The translations under genes were made by a program, and so were the position numbers. 64,000 nt of DNA from an uncultured Gammaproteobacteria bacterium (GTDB lineage: Bacteria; Patescibacteriota; Microgenomatia; Levybacterales; GWA1-39-11). The stretch spans positions 71,525 through 135,524 of the forward strand of contig CAYVAJ010000001.1 in assembly GCA_964448725.1 (NCBI GenBank), written 5' to 3'. This document shows, in pieces, positions 57,338 through 64,000 of the stretch (the stretch's first letter is position 1; each line of letters opens with the position of its first letter). The notes beneath the pieces are model-generated. The model was not told the origin of the DNA, made no database searches, and saw nothing but the letters and a program-made list of their open reading frames with translations.

Positions 57338-59767
57338 ATGAAACTTGATGGAATTCGACAAAAAGTATTTTTAGACCGCTACGCTTTAAAAGATAAAGAC
57401 GGTTCTTTGCTTGAACATACTCCTGAGGAAATGTGGAAACGTGTTGCTCGCGGTGTTGCCCAGACAGAAGACAAAGAAGTACGATATCACTGGAAAAAAG
57501 AGTTTTACCGTGTGATGGAAGACTTTAAATTTGTCCCAGCAGGGCGAATTTTATCAGGTGCAGGAACAGGCTATCAAGTAACCTACTTTAACTGCTTTGT
57601 AATTCCTTCTCCAAACGATTCCCGACATGGAATTTTGCAAGCACTTGGTCAACTCGTTGAGATTCAAGCGCGTTCTGGTGGAGTAGGTCTTAATCTCTCT
57701 TCACTCAGACCAAAAGGTGCTCGTGTCAAAAAAGTAAATGGAACTTCTTCTGGTCCGGTTAACTGGGCAACATTATTCTCTGTTGCAACACATGATATTG
57801 TACAGCAAGGCGGATCACGCCGTGGTGCAACAATGCTTATGTTATGGGATTGGCATCCTGATGTTGAAGAGTTTATTACTGTAAAAGAGGATCTGACAAA
57901 AATTAATGGTGCAAATCTCTCTGTGTGTATATCTGATGCTTTCATGGAAGCAGTTAAAAATGATGCTGATTGGGATCTTGTTTATCCTGATCTTGACGAT
58001 CCAAAATATGATTCTCATTGGAATGGTGATATAGAGGAATGGAGAAAGCTTGGTGGAAAAGTAAATGTCCACAAGACTGTGAAAGCTCGAGAACAGTGGA
58101 ATCTCATCTGTAAAGCTGCATGGCAATCAGCTGAACCGGGGCTTCACTTTATGGACCGTTCTAATAAAAGATCAAACACCTGGTATTTTGAACGATTGAT
58201 TGCAACTAATCCATGCGGAGAGCAACCGCTTGGAGGATGGGCTGTCTGTAATTTAGGTGCAATGAACCTCTCTGCATATATAACTGGCTATACTGCTGAT
58301 ACTCCAGGAAAATTTGACTATAAATCATTTGCAGCAGATGTAAAAGTTGCAATGAGACTGCTTGATAACGTAATTGATCAGACGTACTACTTCTTCCCAG
58401 AAAATGAAAAATGTGCAAAAGAAATTCGCCGCACAGGACTTGGTATTATGGGGCTTGGTGATGCGCTCATCAAGATGAACCTCCCTTATGGGTCAGAAGA
58501 ATCACTGCCTGTTATTGAAAAAATCTTTAAGACATTGCGTGATAGTGCGTATGATGCATCAAGTGATATTGCAAAAGAAAAAGGATCATTCCCTAAATTT
58601 GATAAAGAACAATATCTGAAAGGGTATCACATCAAAGAATTGCCAAAAGAGTTACAGAAAAAAATTGAAAAGCAGGGTATTCGCAATGCAGTACTTTTAA
58701 CCATTGCACCAACCGGTACGACATCACTTGTATCAGGAGTAAGCTCAGGAGTAGAACCTGTCTATGAATTTGCATTCAAGAGACGCTGGCGCGGAGGAGA
58801 GGATATGATGTACCACCCGCTGTATGAGGAATGGCTAAAAGCACATCCAGGCGAAGAAAGACCTAAGTACTTTGTTTCTGCAAATGATCTTACTCCTGAA
58901 GAGCATGTAAAAGTACAAGCTGTTGCGCAAAAATATATTGACTCTTCAATTTCAAAGACTGTGAATGCGCCAAAAACACACAGTGTAGAAGATGTAAAAC
59001 GGTTATATATGATGGCGTATGATCAAGGTCTAAAAGGTATTACCTATATGCGGGATGGGTCACGACAAGGAGTGCTTGAACGGGTTGAGGAAAAGAAAGA
59101 AGAGAAAAAAGACACGCCAGTAATGAAACTGCAAAAACGACCACCAGTTATGGTAGGTGCAACATATGAGACAGAGACACCATTTGGTCATTCCTTTATT
59201 ACGATTAATAGCGATAAAGATGGGAATCCTTTTGAAGTATTTATTAATTCAGGTAAATCAGGATCAGATGTAATGGCAATGTCTGAGGCGCTAGGCCGTA
59301 TTATCTCCATGATTCTTCGGATGCAGAGCCCAATTGCGCATAGAGAACGAATTCGCCAAATTGTAAGCCAATTATCAGGAATTGGTGGCGCGCGGACTGT
59401 CGGATTTGGCATGAATAAAGTCCGTTCCATGCCTGATGCGTTAGCAAAAGTCTTAGCAGAACACTTTAGTTTTAAAGTAAATGGACGAGTTGTTGATGCA
59501 GCAAAGACACACTCTGCAGGCTCAGGGCAAGCAAGCACAACAAATGGTAATGGTGCAACAAATGGAAATGGTCATGGCTTAGCATTGAGCACACATACTC
59601 CTGTTCCAGCAGATGCTACACCGCAGACAACTGTTCTGCAACAATTAACACTGCCACAAGAAGAATCACGACAACTCTTTGATATCTGCCCCGACTGTGG
59701 TGGCGCATCCCTTGCACGCGAAGAAGGCTGTAAGAAATGCTACGCCTGCGGATATGCAGAGTGTTAA
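57338..59767 (+). CDS. nrdJ: class II adenosylcobalamin-dependent ribonucleotide reductase with TSCPD domain and Zn ribbon
   Basis: NCFV, QGGSRRGA, ATNPCGEQPL..CNLG, TIAPTGT, DSSISKT, KGITYMRDGSR; ends CPDCG..EEGCKKCYACGYAEC. Confidence 0.95.
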   Translation: MKLDGIRQKVFLDRYALKDKDGSLLEHTPEEMWKRVARGVAQTEDKEVRYHWKKEFYRVMEDFKFVPAGRILSGAGTGYQVTYFNCFVIPSPNDSRHGILQALGQLVEIQARSGGVGLNLSSLRPKGARVKKVNGTSSGPVNWATLFSVATHDIVQQGGSRRGATMLMLWDWHPDVEEFITVKEDLTKINGANLSVCISDAFMEAVKNDADWDLVYPDLDDPKYDSHWNGDIEEWRKLGGKVNVHKTVKAREQWNLICKAAWQSAEPGLHFMDRSNKRSNTWYFERLIATNPCGEQPLGGWAVCNLGAMNLSAYITGYTADTPGKFDYKSFAADVKVAMRLLDNVIDQTYYFFPENEKCAKEIRRTGLGIMGLGDALIKMNLPYGSEESLPVIEKIFKTLRDSAYDASSDIAKEKGSFPKFDKEQYLKGYHIKELPKELQKKIEKQGIRNAVLLTIAPTGTTSLVSGVSSGVEPVYEFAFKRRWRGGEDMMYHPLYEEWLKAHPGEERPKYFVSANDLTPEEHVKVQAVAQKYIDSSISKTVNAPKTHSVEDVKRLYMMAYDQGLKGITYMRDGSRQGVLERVEEKKEEKKDTPVMKLQKRPPVMVGATYETETPFGHSFITINSDKDGNPFEVFINSGKSGSDVMAMSEALGRIISMILRMQSPIAHRERIRQIVSQLSGIGGARTVGFGMNKVRSMPDALAKVLAEHFSFKVNGRVVDAAKTHSAGSGQASTTNGNGATNGNGHGLALSTHTPVPADATPQTTVLQQLTLPQEESRQLFDICPDCGGASLAREEGCKKCYACGYAEC

Positions 59768-59832
59768 GCTGAGAACGGAGAGTGTAGAGTGTAAAACAAA
59801 ATTTAAAACTTTACACTTTTAGTTCTAAGCTT
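59766..59832 (+). repeat. 25-bp heptamer hairpin at the nrdJ stop
   Basis: AAGCTGAGAACGGAGAGTGTAGAGT(59766-90) pairs with ACTTTACACTTTTAGTTCTAAGCTT(59808-32), three G.U pairs and two mismatches. Confidence 0.7.
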
Positions 59833-59853
59833 TAATTTAAAAATATAATGTGT

Positions 59854-60020
59854 AGGTAAGAAGGTCCCGATGGTAGTTTCCATTCGGGATCCCCGATTTA
59901 ATCGGGGGGTGTAATTCCCTCTCAGTGCCGCTACTGTCCTTCGATAAACTCAGGATCCTGAGCCCGCCGAAGGGATAAAGACAGAAAACTACTCATTATT
60001 CATCATCCCGAGCCAGGAAT
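59854..60020 (+). ncRNA. cobalamin riboswitch interrupted by REP-like hairpins
   Basis: GGTGTAATTCC, GCCGCTACTGT and GAGCCAGGAA in canonical order, upstream of the adenosyltransferase; TATAAT at 59844-49. Confidence 0.68.
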
Positions 60021-60054
60021 TTTTTTATATCCAACTCGAGAATTCTATAATAGT

Positions 60055-60606
60055 ATGCCGATTTACACAAAAACCGGGGATAAAGGGAAGACTTCCTTGC
60101 GAAGCGGAGTGCGGGTGTGGAAAGACTCAACTCGGGTTGATACGTATGGCACGATTGATGAACTTAACTCATATCTTGGTATCATAGCTGCAGAAATTAG
60201 TGATGTACAAAGAGGCTGGAAAAAATACGTATTAGATATAGTTCTGACTATCCAACACGATTTATTTTACATAGGTTCCTCACTTGCTCAGAGCGAAGTG
60301 ATGCTTGACCGACTTGATCCACATACGCAAAACTTTGAACAAGAAATTGATGCAATGACAAAACAATTACCAGAATTGAGTAATTTTATTTTACCTGGAG
60401 GAGGGAAAATTGGTGCGCATTTTCAGTATGCCAGAACACTTGCAAGAAGATCAGAACGGCGTGTCGTAGCACTTGCACGTGCAGAAGAAGTAGATGAAGC
60501 ATTAATTCGGTATGTAAATAGACTTTCTGACTTATTTTTCACGATGAGCCGTTTTGCAAATTATAAAGAAAAAGTTGCAGAGACCATCTGGAAGCCGAAA
60601 TCTTAA
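60055..60606 (+). CDS. PduO-type ATP:cob(I)alamin adenosyltransferase
   Basis: IYTKTGDKGKT, YGTIDELNS, FILPGG, ARTLARRSER, YVNRLSDLFF. Confidence 0.95.
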   Translation: MPIYTKTGDKGKTSLRSGVRVWKDSTRVDTYGTIDELNSYLGIIAAEISDVQRGWKKYVLDIVLTIQHDLFYIGSSLAQSEVMLDRLDPHTQNFEQEIDAMTKQLPELSNFILPGGGKIGAHFQYARTLARRSERRVVALARAEEVDEALIRYVNRLSDLFFTMSRFANYKEKVAETIWKPKS

Positions 60607-60674
60607 AAAGATATCCACCTAAACTAATCGAGATTCGAAAGTCTCTCTGGCAGATTAGGATAAAATGAAGTTTT

Positions 60675-61931
60675 ATGGAAAATAGAGCATATATACCAGA
60701 AGAAGCATATCAACAATATATTCATCCAGTACCTACAGAGAGAGAGTTAGAGCAGAGTGGAATAACAAATTTTGAACAAAAAAGATTTGGAGTATCAACA
60801 CGGAAAGTAGTACAGTACGAGCTAGATTTTGATCGTCAGCAAGCACGTGATTTGCTGAGGAATCATGATCAGACAGCGTATGATGACCAGGTTGCTAACT
60901 TTAAATCATTTACTGAGATGCAGCTGGTCACAGCACTTGGTGAACGATTTAATAGAGGATTGAGCCGTTATTCATATCGAAATATCGATGGCACGTTGTA
61001 TGGAGAACATAGTGATGAGCCATTCCTTAATGTGTTGGAGCGTGGAAGAGCGTATCGGGAGATACATGGAAATCCTATAGATCATGCACGGGAGAAAGCA
61101 GAAGTTGATGGTTTTAACAAAGTACAAGAAATACTTGGTGATGAGCAAACACCTAGTGGTACCATTATGCTTTCCATATCTCCACCGGGAGGAAAAGAAT
61201 CGATATATACGCATAACTTTTACGATGGATTCAGGAAAAAAGAGGATGGGGATATTGAAGTAGTGCGGTTTAGTAATGCACTTGATGCCTGTGAAACAAT
61301 TGAGAAGTTGCGGGAATTAGACCCCAATATTAGTATTCCAGAACAATTAGATGATGTTTCTTTGCTTTCCAATCCAATTATTATTTCACCAGATACTACT
61401 GCAAACCTTACATTGGATACTCTTCATACTCACCTTCATCAAGATCACGAAATAATGAGTGAAGAAGATTTTGAGAAAGTTAGAGAAATGTGTGCATTTC
61501 TCATAGTAAGTTATATTAACTCCTTATTAGATGATCCTGATGATACATATACTCATGCACGGCTTTATAATGCATTGTTGAATAAAGCTGATGAAATCGC
61601 AGATGCACTAAAAGGAAAATCAAAAGATATCTCATATATACAATCTTCTGCTGATATGACCGAACAGGAAATATATTATTTAGGGAGTATGCCAGTACGT
61701 GAAGTTGATACAGGATGTGGTTTTTCAGGTGGAGCAGAGAATGATATGGGAATACAGAAGAGTGCAATGGGTCCATACTCTGTAGCTTCATTTGGGGTTG
61801 AGGATCGATACGGTTCATTGACCTTTAAATGTCCGCATTGTAACTATGAGAATAAGCGTCCGTATGGAAAGCTCATTGAGAACTGTGGTGATGGACAATC
61901 AGGTGGTTGTAAAAAAAATGTCCGGTGTTAA
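60675..61931 (+). CDS. hypothetical protein with C-terminal Zn ribbon (418 aa)
   Basis: ISPPGG..YTHNFYD; ends DRYGSLTFKCPHC..ENC..GGCKKNVRC. Confidence 0.8.
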   Translation: MENRAYIPEEAYQQYIHPVPTERELEQSGITNFEQKRFGVSTRKVVQYELDFDRQQARDLLRNHDQTAYDDQVANFKSFTEMQLVTALGERFNRGLSRYSYRNIDGTLYGEHSDEPFLNVLERGRAYREIHGNPIDHAREKAEVDGFNKVQEILGDEQTPSGTIMLSISPPGGKESIYTHNFYDGFRKKEDGDIEVVRFSNALDACETIEKLRELDPNISIPEQLDDVSLLSNPIIISPDTTANLTLDTLHTHLHQDHEIMSEEDFEKVREMCAFLIVSYINSLLDDPDDTYTHARLYNALLNKADEIADALKGKSKDISYIQSSADMTEQEIYYLGSMPVREVDTGCGFSGGAENDMGIQKSAMGPYSVASFGVEDRYGSLTFKCPHCNYENKRPYGKLIENCGDGQSGGCKKNVRC

Positions 61932-61941
61932 TCTCCATATT

Positions 61942-62100
61942 ATGAATAAAACAAAACTTTCTGATACAAATTGTGAGGTTTGTTTTAAAATTATTTGCAA
62001 ATCATGCGGGTGGGAGCCAAATAAAAAAGAAGTAGAGGCGATACAGAGTGGAGTACTTTCCAATTGTCCTGAGTGTGGGTGGAGTCCTAGAGTATCGTGA
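61942..62100 (+). CDS. small Cys-rich zinc-finger protein (52 aa)
   Basis: CEVC, CKSCGW, CPECGW; ATG 10 nt after the upstream stop. Confidence 0.7.
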   Translation: MNKTKLSDTNCEVCFKIICKSCGWEPNKKEVEAIQSGVLSNCPECGWSPRVS

Positions 62101-62226
62101 AACATGTGTGGATAACTTTTCACAGAATAACTATATCAAACTGGTACATGTGTATCAAACTGTATCATTTAGCCTTGAAAAGTAGATATTGAAAAAAAGT
62201 CGAAACTGTGTATACACTAGAGCCAC

Positions 62227-62955
62227 ATGTGGAAAACTCTAGTAAACCTTATATTCCCTAAATACTGTGTTGCATGCCACCGAGTAGGAAATTATATCTG
62301 TGATGCGTGTTTTTCTTACATTCGCTTTGATCCTACTCCTATCTGTCCAGTCTGTAATAAGCACTCAATAGAAGGAGCAACCCATCCAAAATGTCAAACG
62401 TCTTATAGCATTGATGGCCTTGTTTCAGCAGTTGTATATGCTGGAGTGATAAAACGTTTAGTGTACCAATATAAATACGCACCATATGTGTCAGATTTGA
62501 AAGATGATATAGGAAAGCTAATGTGCGAAAGCTTAGAACAAAATGAAATATTCCATATGGTATTAAATGATAATCCATTGTTAGTACCTGTTCCACTCCA
62601 CCAGAGGAGACTTTCTGCAAGAGGGTATAATCATGCATTACTCCTCTGCTCTTATGTCGCACAATATTTTGAGTTGAAAACTGTTGATGATCTTATTGTT
62701 AGAAATCGTGCTACAAAGCCGCAGTTTAAACTCTCAAAAAAACAGCGCTACTCTAACGTAAAGAATGCATTTTCAGTAACTGAAAAACAACACATTGCGA
62801 TAGCAGGAAAAACAATAGTACTGGTTGACGATGTGGCAACCACCTGCTCTACTCTCAGTGAGGTTGCAAAGGTTTTAAAAAGACAAGGAGCAAAAGAAGT
62901 ATGGGGAGTTGTGTTTGCGCGGGAAGATACATTTGGTGGAGATGGGGGGCAATGA
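62227..62955 (+). CDS. comF: ComF family protein (double Zn ribbon + phosphoribosyltransferase)
   Basis: FPKYCVAC..ICDAC..CPVC, VPVPLH..RGYNHA, LVDDVATT.STL. Confidence 0.93.
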   Translation: MWKTLVNLIFPKYCVACHRVGNYICDACFSYIRFDPTPICPVCNKHSIEGATHPKCQTSYSIDGLVSAVVYAGVIKRLVYQYKYAPYVSDLKDDIGKLMCESLEQNEIFHMVLNDNPLLVPVPLHQRRLSARGYNHALLLCSYVAQYFELKTVDDLIVRNRATKPQFKLSKKQRYSNVKNAFSVTEKQHIAIAGKTIVLVDDVATTCSTLSEVAKVLKRQGAKEVWGVVFAREDTFGGDGGQ

Positions 62956-63347
62956 ACCCCCGTCCAATGAATGTGCATTAAAAACATCTACAAGCGTAGT
63001 CGATTATTGAAATTCATTATACCCGAACGAGAATCGACACCCGAAGATATAACTAAGGTCAAAGTTAGGATAAAAAGAAGACCAGCCTCTTTACCTTTTT
63101 CTCAACTAAATTTTTGCCTGAAACGCCCCGTTGAGAAAAGGCGTAGCAGACAGCTCGTGCCTATTAAGCAGCGAATGCCATAGCAGGTGCGAAACCTGTA
63201 TTTGGCATAAGGTCAGCAGCGAACCGCTGAACCTTGCGGCGGATGGTTGTTCCATCAGCATGTATGTTTTGAACCTGTTTTGCGACTATGATTCAAAGTC
63301 GGCTTGCAGTTTTTAAAGAACGATTCTTGTCGATACAATACATCCCC
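62934..63347 (-). ncRNA. ssrA: tmRNA (414 nt)
   Basis: 5' GGGGATG..TCGAC pairs with 3' CATCTCC-ACCA (G3.U alanine identity); GGAC-GGGGG-TTCATTG-CCCCC T-arm; tag frame ends FAA*; downstream of smpB. Confidence 0.95.
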
Positions 63348-63509
63348 CCTCACTCTCCAATTTAATTACATTAAATTGGAAGCCTCATTTCCTGCCAACT
63401 AGTCAGCGCGGATGTTTACAACCAAAATTATTGATCGTAAAATTCTAAATTGAATAATTAAGAACGATTGTATAACACTTATTGCTAAGTTGTCCTATAT
63501 TATAGCATT

Positions 63510-63950
63510 TTATGCCCATTTTTTCAATTCTCTCTCAACATCTCTATCAATTGCTTTTCTACGTAACTCGCTGCGTTTTTCATGCTGCGCTTTGCCTTTC
63601 ACAAGTGCAATTTCAAGCTTAATGCGGTTATTTTTAAGATATAATGCAACTGGTACAAGCGTGAAGTTCCCCTGGTCTAATCGTGATTTAAGCGCAGTTA
63701 ATTCTTTTTTATGGATTAGTAACTTACGGCTGCGTGATTCATCATAATTTTCAACACGAGAAAATTTATACGGAAATATTTTTGCATTTACTAAATATGC
63801 CTCACCGTCTAAGATGCGTACATGTGCACCGTCAAGATTTACATGATTTGATCGAATTGCTTTTACTTCAGACCCAAGCAAGACAATACCAGTCTCAAGT
63901 CTTTCTACAATGGTATAATTCCGATTTAATTGTTTGTTAATAATTTTCAT
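63510..63950 (-). CDS. smpB: SsrA-binding protein
   Basis: ETGIVLLGSEVKAIR, RSRKLLIHKKE, TLVP..LY, KGKAQHEKR. Confidence 0.97.
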   Translation of the reverse strand: MKIINKQLNRNYTIVERLETGIVLLGSEVKAIRSNHVNLDGAHVRILDGEAYLVNAKIFPYKFSRVENYDESRSRKLLIHKKELTALKSRLDQGNFTLVPVALYLKNNRIKLEIALVKGKAQHEKRSELRRKAIDRDVERELKKWA

Positions 63951-64000
63951 GCCTTCATTATAGCATTTCAGAAATATACCTATATGAGCATGAAGCGAAT

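Noticed and set aside
57338-59767. Intein or intron in nrdJ
   Set aside because: Catalytic motifs are contiguous, length is ordinary, and no splice-junction or homing-endonuclease motifs were seen.
62934-62960. tmRNA 3' end as an attachment site of an island
   Set aside because: No duplicate of the 3' end and no integrase found in the window; the neighbour is comF.
62971-63316. Plus-strand ORFs of 70 and 61 aa
   Set aside because: Antisense to tmRNA; no protein features.
1-64000. Alternative genetic code (UGA=Gly) as in some CPR lineages
   Set aside because: Conserved genes are full length in code 11 and several end properly at TGA.

Overview
AT-rich bacterial chromosome segment in standard code 11 (TGA is used as stop). 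Gene content points to Patescibacteria/CPR, probably Microgenomates; this is inferred, not searched. Left to right: (1) a 4.5-kb stress/defence islet with a truncated OLD-family ATPase-TOPRIM nuclease, SRPBCC, two DUF1801 genes, GlsB/YeaQ and a TipA-like MerR gene with its own 19-bp-spacer promoter; (2) an intergenic DnaA-trio/DnaA-box cluster at about 4.6 kb; (3) a 3301-aa surface CAZyme (pectate lyase, 2 CBM6, GH-like, lyase-like, 6 SdrD-B repeats, dockerin); (4) housekeeping genes (UDG, truB, sod, folC, N-domain-less clpB, dnaA, dnaN); (5) a ~28-kb CPR-type T4SS/pilin locus with PrgI, VirB4, a VirB6-like gene, four VirB2-like pilins, three peptidoglycan-hydrolase + membrane-partner gene pairs, two large signal-less orphan proteins and two four-helix-bundle genes enclosed by inverted repeats; (6) nrdR-nrdJ, a REP-invaded cobalamin riboswitch and an adenosyltransferase; (7) comF, tmRNA with a 31-codon tag, and smpB. 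Best leads: the hydrolase/partner array behind virB4, the inverted-repeat-enclosed four-helix-bundle units and their empty hairpin relatives, an origin unwinding element 20 kb from dnaA, and pervasive leaderless promoters. All family calls come from reading motifs by eye.
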